DNA of 64,000 nucleotides from Antechinus flavipes (lineage: Eukaryota): assembly GCF_016432865.1 (NCBI RefSeq), contig NC_067398.1, positions 341,992,001 to 342,056,000 on the forward strand. The letters are read 5' to 3'. Every line of letters starts with the position of its first letter. Within the stretch, counting starts at the first letter, position 1. Under the pieces are notes generated by a model. That model worked only from the letters and a program-made list of their open reading frames with translations, had not been told where the DNA came from and did not search any database. Positions 1 to 11,228 of this stretch are shown here, one piece after another. Position numbers and translations under genes: made by a program.

Positions 1-770
1 AAGCATTATTCATTGGATAGTTCAAACTATATATTCTGAAGACATCTCTAAATCATCATAGCCAAAATAAGATTCATTATCTTTCCCCCAAAACTCTCCC
101 TCTTCTAAACTTCCATATTTCTGCCAAAGCTACCATCATCCATTCAGTCTCCCTGGTTCATAACCTTGGCATTATCCTGGACTCTTCACCCTCACCTCAC
201 ATATCCAATTAGTTGTCACATCTTGACATTTCAACTTTCATTACATCTCTTGCATCTAAATCCCCTCTTTCCACTCATACAGCTAACAGCTTAATTTAGG
301 CCTTCATCCATCTCTTATCTAGATTATTGCTGACAGCTTCCTAATTGGCTTTCCATCTTCAAAAGTCTCATCACTCCCCTGTTACATCTGTTGCCAAAGT
401 AATCATATTTATGGCAGATGTAACTATTCTAAACTGTTATTCCAGTCAGTGATAACAATGTGACCTTTTTCTACTCCAAGACCACTCTCTTTCCATTTAA
501 CATTTATTCCATCTCTTTCTGTTCCAACAGATCTCTGCCAGAATCTTTCTCTCCAATCTTCAATTTTTCCTATCTTCTACAAATATGTCTAGACCTCTCC
601 CATCTTCAAAATACTTAAACTTCGTAAAAAAAGAAAAGTGCATACTCATTGTCTTGATCACTTTTCAACCTTTTACACTATAACTTCACAATCAAATGAA
701 ATTGTCCTCTCTAAAGTTACAAGTGATCTTTTTTCCCTCAATAGTAATTTATTTTTCAATAAATTTCTAA
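1..770 (+). mobile_element. Ancient LINE-2 remnant
   Basis: Pyrimidine-rich sequence with L2-like phrases (e.g. aaccttggcattatcctggactctt); recognised by eye; boundaries rough. Confidence 0.4.
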
Positions 771-940
771 TTTAATTTTCTGATTCCAATTTTTCCAATT
801 AAATTTCCAATTTCCAATTTATTTTTCAACATTCATTTTTATAAGATGTTGTGTTCCAAATTCTGTCTCTCTCCCTCCCTTATCTCCCCCTCCCCAAAGA
901 CAGCAAGCAATCTGATATAGGTTATACATGAACAATCATT

Positions 941-1095
941 TTATTTTTTTTAATTATAGTTTTTTATTTACAAAACATATGCATGGGTAATCCTTCAACG
1001 TTGGCCCTTGCAAAAACTTCTGTTTCAAATTTTCCCCTCCTTCCCCTCACCCCTCCCCTAGATAGCAGGTAGTCCAATACATGTTAAAATATATG
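941..1095 (-). mobile_element. Short 5'-truncated L1 3' end inserted in an older L1 3'UTR
   Basis: T-rich tail; 13-bp direct repeat ATGAACAATCATT at 928-940 and 1096-1108. Confidence 0.65.
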
Positions 1096-1122
1096 ATGAA
1101 CAATCATTCTAAATGTTTTCAT

Positions 1123-1275
1123 GGGGCAGTTAGATGGCACAGTAGGTAGAGCACCAGCCCTGAAGTCAGGAGGACCTAAGTTCAAATCTGGCCTCAGACA
1201 CTTAACATTTCCTAGCTCTGTGACCCTGGGCAAGTAACTTACCCCCAAAAGTCTCAGCAAAAAACAACAAAAAAA
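1123..1275 (+). mobile_element. WSINE1-like tRNA-derived CORE-SINE
   Basis: GGGGCAGTTAGATGGCACAGT...GTTCAAATC (A/B boxes), CORE gtgaccctgggcaagt, A tail. Confidence 0.85.
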
Positions 1276-1559
1276 CCCAACCTATTTTCATATTTGTCAT
1301 GTTGTACCAAAAAAAAAAAAAAAAAAAAATCTGACCCAAAGGGAAAAAAAACCAAGAGAAAGAAAAAGCAAATGAACAAAAAAAGATTAAAATATTATAC
1401 CTTGATCTACACTCAGTCTCCACAACTTTCCCTCTGGATACAGATGGCATCTTCTATTCCAAGTCCAGTGGAATTGTCTGGAATCACTGCATTGCAAGAA
1501 GAACCAAGTCCACCAGGGATCTCTTAGGTGACAGACCTCACTAGGTTTTCCTCAAAAGC

Positions 1560-2340
1560 TCATACTACTTGACTTCTACACTCCGTCTGATATTGTTGAC
1601 CAAGGCAATCTCTCTTTCTTCTCTAGGTTTTTATGACAATGTTTCCCTCTTGGTTCTCCTGATTACTTTTTAGTCTCCTTTGTTGGTTTGAAATCCAAAT
1701 CTTACCTTTTCCAGTAACTCTACATGAACCTTAAGGTTCTGTCTTTGGTCCTCTTCTCTCTACTTTCTCTGGTGACCTCATCAACTTCCATGGGTTTTTC
1801 TTCTCTATACAAGTAACTCCCAGATAACCCTACTGAACATCACTAGGCTTTTTCTTTATAGAAACATTTATCATTATTCAAATCATCACTTTTTACCTGG
1901 ACTAGGGCAAACCTCCTTCTGTCTCCCTGCCTCCAGCCTCTCCCCTATGTAATCCATCCTCCACAGTTTCCAAAGTCATGCTCCTAATAATCTGATCAAG
2001 TCATTTCTCAACAAATTCCATGGATTCCCTATTTTTTTGAGGATGAAATGTAAATGCTTGTTTAATTTTTAAAATCCCTTTACAACCCAATGCCAAAATC
2101 TTTCCAGCCTCATACAGTGTTCTCCTCCCTACATTGCAGCATACATTGCATATGCTGGCCTTGCTGTTTCTTTGAATGCCTTGGCACTAGCTGTACCCCA
2201 CACCCAGAACTCACTTCCTCCTCGCCTCCACTTAGAAATTCATTCTTCCCCCCAAGATTCAGTTCATTCAAACTTTGTACTTGGAACTTTTTTCTGATCC
2301 TTCCAGTTACTGATATTTTCCTTCTCAAAATTACCTTGTA
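1560..2340 (+). mobile_element. LINE-2 remnant
   Basis: L2 3'-region-like pyrimidine-rich sequence; approximate. Confidence 0.4.
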
Positions 2341-2350
2341 TTTATTTGTA

Positions 2351-2545
2351 GGCAGCTAAGTGGCACAGGAGCTAAAAACACTTGATCTGCAGTTAGGAAG
2401 ACCTGAATTTAAATCTTGCTTCAGACACTTACTAGCTATGGTCCTGGTCCAATTTGCTCATCTGTAAAGCGGAGATAATAGTACCTACACCCCAGGACCA
2501 AATGAGATAATATTTAAAGCAAAAATATCATATAAATGCTAACTA
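2351..2545 (+). mobile_element. MIR/Mar-type CORE-SINE
   Basis: ggcagctaagtggcac...ctcatctgtaaa...gagataata. Confidence 0.6.
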
Positions 2546-2697
2546 CGACTATGTATTCATAATATTCACCCCCCCATAATATTGTCTCCCTCAACAGAAT
2601 ATAAGCTTTTTGAGAGGAGAGACTATTTCATTCTTTGTTCCCCAGTGTTTAAAGGCTTTATAACTGGTATATAGATGGTGTTTAATAAAATACTTGT

Positions 2698-4168
2698 TAG
2701 GAAAAGATGACAAAATGTTGGGAGGGGATGTGGGAAAACTGGGACATTAATACATTGTTGGTGGAGTTGTGACCTGGTCCAACCATTCTGGAGAGCAGTT
2801 TGGAACTATGCTCAAAAAGTTATCAAACTGTACATACCCTTTGATCCAGCAGTGTTTCTACTGGGCTTATACCCCAAAAGGATCATAAAGGAGGGAAAAG
2901 GACCCACGTGTGCAAAAATGTTTGTGGCAGCCCTTTTTTTTTTTTTTTTTTTTTTTAAATTATAGCTTTTTATTTACAAGATATATGCATGGGTAATTTT
3001 TCAGCATTGACAATTGCAAAACCTTTTGTTCCAATTTTTCCCCTTCTTCCCCCCATCTACTCTCCCAGATGGCAGATAGACCAATACATGTTAAATACAA
3101 TATATGTATACATGTCCATACAGTTATTTTGCTGCACAAGAAGAATCAGACTTTGAAATAGTATAAAATTAACCTGTGAAGAAAATCAAAAAATGCAGGC
3201 AGACAAAAATAGAGAGATTGGGAATTCTATGTAGTAGTTCATAATCATCTCCCAGAGTTCTTTCGCTGGGTGTAGCTGGCAGTACTCATTATTGAACAAA
3301 TGGAACCGACTTGGTTCATCTCATTGTTGAAGAGGGCCACATCCATCACAATTGATCATCATATACTATTGTTGTTGAAGTAAATAATGATCTCCTGGTC
3401 CTGCTCATTTCACTCAGCATCAGTTCATATAAGTCTCTCCAGGCCTTTCTGAAATCATCCTGCGGCTCATTTTTTACAGAACAATAATATCCATAATATT
3501 CATATACCACAATTTATTCAGCCATTCTCCAATTGATGGGCATCCACTCAGTTTCCAGTTTCTGGCCATTACAAGGAGGGCGTGGCAGCCCTTTTTGTAG
3601 TGGTAAGGAACTGGACACTTTTTATAGTATTGAATGTTATGGAATATTATTGTTCTATAAGAAACGACCAGCAGGAGGATTTCAGAGAGGCCTGGAGAGA
3701 CTTACATGAACTGATGCTGAGTGAAATGAGCAGAACCAGGAGATCATTATACACAACAGCAGGAAGATTATATGATGATCAATTCTGATGGATGTGGCTC
3801 TTTTCAACACTGATGATTCAGGCCAATTCCAATGATCTTGTGATGAAGAAAGCCATCTACACCCAAGAGAGCAGTCTATGGGAACTGAGTGTGGATCACA
3901 ATATAGCATTTTTAACTCTTTTGTTGTTTGCTTGAATTTTATTTTTTCTCATTTTTTCCCCTTTTTGATCCAATTTTTCTTGTGTAGCAAGATAATTGTA
4001 TATATACATATACATAGCTATATTGGATTTAGCATATATTTTTGCCATGTTTAACACCTATTAGACTACTTGCCATCTAGGAGAGGGGTGGAAGGAAGGG
4101 AAGGGAATTGGAACACAAGGTTTTGCAAGGATTTTGAAAATATAAAGCTTCAATTAAAAAAAAAAAAC
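2698..4168 (+). mobile_element. L1 3' fragment (ORF2 C-terminus + 3'UTR) split by an antisense L1 insertion
   Basis: Encodes a CW.GCGK.GTLIHCWW-like motif; A tail near 4157-4168; interrupted at 2934-3581. Confidence 0.85.
2939..3581 (-). mobile_element. Younger 5'-truncated L1, antisense, nested in L1
   Basis: Poly-T 2934-2956; 15-bp TSD GTGGCAGCCCTTTTT at 2924-2938 and 3582-3596. Confidence 0.85.
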
Positions 4169-4571
4169 ATATATATAATAAATACTATACATTGTGTTCA
4201 GAAAAAAAAAGTCCTTCCCTCAAGAAGCTTATATCCATTCAATCCATTTAAAATCTGATCTGTATGAGTTCAACTTCATGTAACAGTTGCCCTATCCAGG
4301 ATAAAGTCATCAATTCTAAACTTCCCACCATGCTGCTAATTTAAGCCTTGACAATCACCAGTTTACCTCAGCCTCCTCTCCTTTGATTAGAGGGCTAGAG
4401 GGCAAAAATTGGACTTTCAGCTCACTCCACTTTGTATCAACTGCTCTGCCTTGTTTCTAACTGCATGTACCCCTCTGTCTACTAGTACCAACTACACCAA
4501 ATCTTCTCCATCTTGACTCCTTTTGTGACATCTTCCCCTTTTGATTATGAAATCTTTGAAGGGAGAAATTT

Positions 4572-4808
4572 TGTGGTTATTCAGTCATGTCCAACTCTTC
4601 ATGATCCTATTTGGGGGTTTTCTTAGTAAAATGTATTGGAGTGGTTTGCCATTTCCTTCTCTACATCATTTTACAGATGAGGAAAATGAACCAAAAAGGT
4701 TTAAGTGACCCAGTAAGAGTCACCTAGCTAATATCTTGAGGTTGGATTTAAACTGGGTCTTCCTGACTCCAAACCTAGGGGTCTATCCGCTGTACTACCT
4801 AGCTGCCC
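4572..4808 (-). mobile_element. Mar1-type CORE-SINE
   Basis: ttcagtcatgtccaactcttcatga...ggagtggtttgccatttccttctc...tttacagatgaggaaa. Confidence 0.7.
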
Positions 4809-4941
4809 AGGACAGGAACTATCTTTTTTACTAATTTTATCTCCATTGCTGAGCATATGTCCTAACACGTAGTAAGTGCTTTAATAAATGTTTACTGGAT
4901 TGGATTTTAAAGATTATAAAGCAATATACAAATAGGTATGA

Positions 4942-5100
4942 GGGGCAGCTAGGTGGTGTAGTGGATAGAGTACCAGCCCTAAAGTCAAGAGGACCTGAAT
5001 TCAAATCTGGCCTCAAACACTTAACATTTCCTAGCTGTGTGACCCTGGGCAAGTCATTTAACCCCAACTATCTCAGCAAAAAAAAAAGAAAAAACAAAAC
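4942..5100 (+). mobile_element. WSINE1-like SINE
   Basis: GGGGCAGCTAGGTGGTGTAGTGGATAGAG...A tail. Confidence 0.88.
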
Positions 5101-5876
5101 TAGAAATAGCCTATGATTACTATTACTGTAGTAATTTTTATGACTTTCTTTGACTTCCTATATACAACCTGCCATAACATCCTGTACTTTATAACCTATC
5201 ATCCTATACTCTCATTCTAGCATTTGTGAAAGTCATCTACCCAAGTAAGCTAATGGACCTCACTTCCCCAAGGCTCAGCATTCAGCTAAAAAGCTCAAGC
5301 TTTTTAAAAAGGCTCAAGGCCTTTCCCTCTCAACAGTCACAAGTGAAAACTCAGCTTATCCATGTTTAGATCTTAATGATTTATGAACCAGACAATCCAG
5401 ACAGCAAGACTTTGCCTTTATTTGTACTTGTACAGAGCCAGGCTCTGACTCCCAGCGAAAAGTAAAATGAAACATAGTAAAGGAGATCCTTGGGTAGGTC
5501 CATCAGCTTCATGCCTCTATCTGGACTTCTCCTAGGAGAGTCAGATATTCAGGTTTGAGATACAAACACAATGTACTATTGAGCACTTGAGACATCTCCA
5601 TCTTGATGATCTCTCCCAAAGACACCTCTGACCTTTTTAAAGGAAGAATAAGAGGCCCAAATGAGCTGAGCACTCAGTCATAGTACAATGATAAAAAGGG
5701 CACTGACTTTACAAAATGCTATATTTTCACCACCTCTATTGCTGAATTTCATGGGCATAGATTAGTCAGTGCATTACCAGAAACAGCATAAAATTGGTTT
5801 GCAGGACAAATTCTTCATTAAAAAAGGTGTTCTACATGTAATTTCATACTGCTCATAATCAAGCAGTTCAAGGCCT

Positions 5877-6154
5877 TTATACTGGAGTTCCTTCAGCTTG
5901 GTTGTTGGCATTTTGCTTTTGAAAAGAGATTTTTTTCTCCAAATCTATCATGGGCTCCTCAATGCTGAAGTTGCCCTGCTTCTGTCGTTCTGCAAAAATC
6001 ATTGCCCGAAGCAAAGGAGGGTAAGGCACATATCGGATAGTTTCTTCCGACTTAGGGATGAAGTTCTTAAAGGCTTCTTCCTCATGCTTGGGCACCAGCC
6101 TCCAATCGTGGTACATGACCTGGTCAATCTCCTTTTCTTCACTCTCTGTCTTAC
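5877..6154 (-). CDS. MRPS34: MRPS34 exon 3 to stop
   Basis: TTTTCCCCAG|GT AAG ACA GAG; contains ORF 5877..6116; candidate AATAAA (minus strand) at 5417-5422. Confidence 0.95.
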
Positions 6155-7388
6155 CTGGGGAAAAGTTGAAGCACAGGGGTATCTATTGCTGGCACAGTCA
6201 GTCTAACCACCATTAAAGATATGGCAGTCTCTCCCCTCCCATAAACAAAGAGAAACACCAAAGAGCAATCGATCTCAAAAGTCTCCCTCCCCCACTTTCC
6301 TTACCTCGGAAAGTCAGGATCCCCCAGGCCTTTCCATGATCCAAATTCTAGAAAGCAATGACAAAAACTTGGATGAGGTCAATCCAGTGATACAAGGACT
6401 TTTCTCCAAATATTTTCCACCTTCAGCCAAGGCGGAGTGGAGAGACGTGATCATAATTATCAAAAAAGGAATCATAGAATCTCAGATGGAAGGGACGTCA
6501 GAGAACACCTAACCTGACACTGAATTGCCAGGAATTCCTGATATGTGTCTAACTTTAAGGTTATCCAGCCTGTGTTTTAAGACCTCCTGTGATGGATTTC
6601 ATTCACTTCCTCCAGAGGCTATCCGTTCCTATTCTGAGCAGCTAATTATTAGGAAAAGTGTTGTCTAGAGCAAGTCAAAACCTGTTTTTCTCTGCTTCTA
6701 CTCTAGACCATAGAAAAGGTAAGTCTATCAAATATAAATTAGAATGAGACAAATTGGGAGGAAAATAACTAGCCTATGACAAGTACAGCAGAGATTAAAA
6801 ATCAAGTGCGACCCTCGGACGCCCTCGATTAAGCCTGGGATATTGAGTCTGCTTAAATCAGGAGAGGCAGAGGCCACGTCCTGCACCCGGCTTTCATGGC
6901 CTTGATGGCTCACAGGGTGACCTTGAGGGAAAGCCCCTTGGTCCCGTCCCCCAACGACAAGGAGGCTTTTCCAGCGGGGGTGTGGGGGGTGGGGGACGAT
7001 CGGGTAAAGAAAAAGGGGAGTCGTGCCGGCGGGTGGCGGCGAGGGCAGGAACGGGGCAGTCACGCACCGGTGCAGTGTAATCGGCGCGGACGCGGGTGAG
7101 CTGCCAGTAGCAGGGCTCGTCGTGCTGCCACAGCCAGGACTTGCGCGTGACGAGGCGGCCCAACCCGAAGCACGGCAGGCGATTAAGCAGCTGCAGGAGG
7201 CGGCTCTCGCGCCGCACGTCGGCCCAGGCTTTCTCGGGGAGGCGGCGGCCGCTGCGCGTACGAGTCATAGTTTCGTAGTCCAGGGCGAAGCGCTCCGAGT
7301 CCCGCGGCCGTGCCTTCAGTTCCCGGTAGGCGCGCACCTTGCGGGCCAGCTCCGCGATCAGCCTCGGCCGTACTTTCTTGCGCCCCAT
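5877..7388 (-). CDS. MRPS34: Mitochondrial ribosomal protein S34 (3 coding exons: 7068-7388, 6305-6347, 5877-6154; 213 aa)
   Basis: Translation [21 protein letters not shown]...[16 protein letters not shown] | [14 protein letters not shown] | [29 protein letters not shown]...GTPV matches MRPS34 as I recall it; GT-AG at both introns, phases 0 and 1, 321+43+278=642 nt. Confidence 0.97.
6305..6347 (-). CDS. MRPS34: MRPS34 exon 2
   Basis: TAG|AAT TTG GAT CAT GGA AAG GCC TGG ([14 protein letters not shown]); donor G|GTAAGG; 43 nt. Confidence 0.95.
7068..7388 (-). CDS. MRPS34: MRPS34 exon 1 coding part
   Basis: ATG at 7388 within ORF 6894..7421; donor CCG|GTGCGT at 7067; 321 nt. Confidence 0.95.
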
Positions 7389-7526
7389 CTCACTAGCCCT
7401 GACTTCCCGCCTCTGCACCAACCTGAAGCTCGGAGAGCGGAGATCTCAGCTCTCCGCCGGAGCCGTAGCACCGCCCACCACGGCCCAGAGCCGGAAAGAC
7501 CTGGTGTCTCCGGCATCCGGGGCCGG

Positions 7527-7763
7527 ATGGCGCACGCCGGAAGGAAAATAACTCGAGGACGTTTGGGAAAGCGAGGTGGCCTTAAAGGGAAGCAGAGCCA
7601 TGATTGTGATGGCTCGGGGCCACTATCTGAAGAGCTGAGGAGGTTAAAAGAAGGCGGAGAAGATTCAAAGGGAGCTGGAGTGGAGGAGACCGGCTAACGG
7701 AACTTGGGAGGAGAGGGACGGGGGGACGATACTGAGAGACGGACCACGGATCTGTAGATACAG
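7527..7763 (+). pseudogene. EME2: Probable EME2 exon 1 remnant
   Basis: ATG in good Kozak (GGCCGGATGG) 139 bp from the MRPS34 ATG; 3' end reads ...ATC TGT -- A GAT ACA G (cf. human VCVDTA), followed by AG instead of GT; in-frame TAA at 7695-7697; 237 nt vs about 247 nt recalled for human. Confidence 0.45.
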
Positions 7764-8829
7764 AGGGCGGGGGCGGGGTGGGGCTTAAATGGCGAAATCC
7801 AAGGGGTGTAGCAGACGGGAGGCGGGGCATTTGGGCCAAATCTGAAGGACTTCCGGATGGCTCGGAAGACCCGCGGCATCCTTCCTTTTCCCGGTTGTTT
7901 TTAATCACTGGGCAGCACGTGGAGCCTGTCACTGGTATTCGAAGCCTCCCCATGGGAAAACTTGTCTGGGCTGCGCAAAAACAAAAATAATGTGTGAGAT
8001 TATATCCCATCAGGGAAACCAAATACCCTTGTACATACAAGGTATTTTCGGGATACGAAGAAGGCACTGTAAGGTAGGGGGCGGGGCCGTGTGGAAGGAA
8101 GTGATGCTTGATTCTAGAAGACAAAAATGGAGAAGCAACTGGTTCCAAGCGTGGAACAGAGGCCCACGCGTGGAATGTCATCCGTGAGGAAAGCCACGGA
8201 GGCCGGTTTGGTCAGACTGGAAAGAGTTCTGGGAAGGGAAATGTGGCAATTAAGTCTATAAGGGTGAGCTGGAGCCAAAGAGTTTTCCATCTTAGAAATG
8301 GAAGGGAGCCGCTGGAGCTTTTGGAACGTTTTAGACTTATGCTTTTAGGAATATCATATTGGCAGCTGTGAATGTTAGATTGCAAATAAAAGTTACTGCA
8401 GGAAGGAGAACCACGTAAGAGCCTATGTAATGTGATAGACTAGCCTGAAGTGACAAAGGACTTAACTAGATTGGTGAAGAGAAAGGAGGAATACAAGAGA
8501 TGTAGAACTAGAACAAAGACTTGACATCTGACATCTGACTGAATGGGTAGGGGTGAGGAGAAGACAGTTATGGATGATTCTGAGGTGGACTGAAAGATGG
8601 TGGCACCTGCAATCAAAATGGGAACGTTTGGAAGCAGAGTGGGCTCGGAGAAAACCATAATGAGTTTTTTGTGTACATGCTGAATGTGGAAATGCCTATA
8701 ACACATTCGGGTAAAAATGTTTTAGGCAGTCAGAGTTAGGTAGGGCATACAGATGGAGGGATCCTCTGCATAGAGAAAACTGAATTCATGGAAATGCAAA
8801 TCAAGACAACTCTGATGTACTATTACACA

Positions 8830-9675
8830 TCTCTCAGATCGGCTAAGATGACAAGAAAAGATAATGCTGAATATTGGAGGGCATGTAGGAAAACAACTAC
8901 TGATGCATTGTTGATGGAGTTGTGAACTAGTTGTTGCTCTGAACAGTACGGAATTATGCCCAAAGGGCTATCAAACTCTGCATGCCTTTTGACCCAGCAG
9001 TGTTTCTACTGACCTTATATCCCAAAGAGATCTTAAAAGAGGGAAAGGGATCTACATGTGCAATAATGTTTGTGGCAGCCCTTGTTGTAGTGACAAAGAA
9101 TAGGAAAGTGAGTGGGTGCCTATCAGTTGGAGAATGGCTGAATGAGTCATGGTATATTAATGTTATAGAATATTATTGTTCTATAAGAAATGATCAGCAT
9201 TGATCAAGAGGCCTGAAGAGACTTACATGAATTGATACTGAGTGAACTGAGTAGAACCAGCAGATCATTGTATCTGGCAACAAGAAGATTATGCAATGAT
9301 CAGTTCTGATGGATGTGGCTCTTCAGGCCAGTTTCAATAGTGTTGTAATGGACAGAGCCATCTGCATCCAAAAAGAGGACTATGTGGATTGAATGTGAAT
9401 CACAACAAAGTATTTTCACCTTTTTTCTTGTTGTTTGCTTCCTTTTTGTTTTTGTTCTTGTTTTTTTCTTTTTTGATCAGATTTTTCTTGTGCAGCATAC
9501 TTGTGGAAATATATATAGAAGAACTGCACATAAGTTTAATATATTGGATTACTTGCAATCTAAGGGAGAGTGGGGGGTAAGGGAAGGAGAAAAAAATTTG
9601 GAACACAAAATTTTATAAGGGTGAATGCTGAAAACTATGCATATATTTTGAAAATAAAAAGCTAAAAAAAAAAAT
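8830..9675 (+). mobile_element. L1 3' fragment
   Basis: ORF 8982..9203 (PFDPAVFLL.LYPKE..YYCSIRNDQ) is L1 ORF2 C-terminus; 3'UTR and A tail near 9664-9675. Confidence 0.85.
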
Positions 9676-10431
9676 CAAACTGAACTCATGGATACAAAGT
9701 TTAAGACAGTCTAGAAGGAGTCAGGAAATGGATGAGCAAAGGAGAATGGGAATGGCATCACCAAAACCCAGGTGGCAGAAGGGTATTTAGGATGTTAGTA
9801 AGTAAAGTCCAACTACTGCAGATCGGACCAATAAAGCACATTGGATTTGTCAAGTAAAAAAATGTTTAAAAATAACAATTTTACTTGAATGATATAGTCA
9901 AAAGCTATATTGAAGAGCTGAATGAGAGGAGATGAAAGCAGACAGTAAAGGAGTATATATGTAATTTTAGGAGTTTGATTCTAAAAGGCAAGGAGATGGG
10001 TTGATACTTGAAAAATTAACTAGAGGTTTTTTAAAAAGGATGGGGGAAAAACAAAAATATCCTGAATAAGGAGAGAGAACAAAGAGGGTATAGAAGCACT
10101 CTGTCCAGGAAAACAGAGGTGATGAAGGCCATTCTTCATCAATATAAAATCAATGTTTTAGAACCTATAGTGTAAATAAAAGAGGAAAGAATGCCTCCAT
10201 TTTGTCATGGGACTTTGAAATGTAGAGTAGGGGAAAGGAAAGAGCTCATGGTAAATGACACGTTTTCTCAAAGTCTCAGTCCAAGACCTCTACAAATAAG
10301 GATAAGAGATGGTCTGGAAGGCCTGAGGAAATATGAAGTTTAAATGAGATGATATCAGCAGGGCATTTCCAATAGACTTAGGATGGAGAGAGCCATCTGC
10401 TCTCTGGAGATGAGAAGGGAGAAGATGAAGA

Positions 10432-10737
10432 GAGAAGACTATGGAGACTAAATGTGAATCACTACATAGTTTTTTCACCTTTGTTGTTTGCTTGTTTTTT
10501 TTTCCTTCATTTTTTCCTTTTTGATTTGATTTTTCTTGTGCAGCATAAATGTGGAAATATGTTTAGAAGAATTGCACGTGCTTAACATATTGGATTACTT
10601 GCCATCTAGGGGAGGGGGAAGAGGGAAGGAAAAGAAAAAATATGGAACACAAGGTTTTTCAAGTATGAATGTTGAAAACTATCTTTGCATATATTTTGAA
10701 AAATGAAATGTTACTATTATTTAAAAAGAAAAAAAAG
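10432..10737 (+). mobile_element. L1 3'UTR fragment
   Basis: Same 3'UTR phrases as the 9380-9675 copy; A-rich end. Confidence 0.7.
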
Positions 10738-11228
10738 ATGAGGTTTAAAACATCACCTTGGAGAATTGATAGCCCTTTAGGGAAGACAATCCAGTGCCTT
10801 GCCACTATGCTACCCTGTCATTCCAAAGGTCATCTGCATCTCTGTAGCTTCATTTTAGATCCGTATTATTCAGACTTGTACCATGGGTTCTAAAGCATTC
10901 AGATTCTACACTGACTACCTTCAAATAGGAAAGAATGGCATGCAAGAAGGATCTCTTTTTTGACATTAACAACCTTTAAAGTAAAAATTTTTACAGAATG
11001 GTCAAAATTTTTATCAAAACCAGGTGACTGGTCATAGATAAGATTCCTTCCCCATTTCCCTGCTCACTTCTTCCATCAGCTTTCATCAGGGAGGTGGTAT
11101 TGAGTGGGAGTAGAGGAGAAAAGAGTGACTGGCCCACTGAACTACAGGCAGCCGCTGAGGCTTCTGGTCAACTCAAGAGTGCTCTTTTCTCCCTGATTTC
11201 CCCAACTCCAGCTATTCTAGAATCCAGC

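Larger units (their letters stand above)
6840..7950. promoter_or_regulatory. CpG island / head-to-head promoter of MRPS34 and (former) EME2
   Basis: Dense CpG in an otherwise CpG-depleted window; ETS/GABP-like CCGGAA(G) motifs near 7491, 7537 and 7850; boundaries approximate. Confidence 0.85.

Noticed and set aside
1123-1200. tRNA-like A/B boxes in SINE heads
   Set aside because: SINE Pol III promoters, not cloverleaf tRNA genes; no rRNA, CRISPR or snoRNA signature found in the window
5495-5577. NDP-kinase/NME3-like peptide on the minus strand (CLYLKPEYLTLLGEV..GMKLMDL vs FLAVKPDGVQRRLVGEI..GFKLVAL)
   Set aside because: Needs a gap and a frameshift; my rough BLOSUM score (about 23) is within chance; no flanking splice sites or further exons. 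Worth one tBLASTn only
8021-8047. Small hairpin AAATACC(C)TTGT-ACAT-ACAAGGTATTT
   Set aside because: 11-bp stem with a bulge; too short to call a miRNA or MITE
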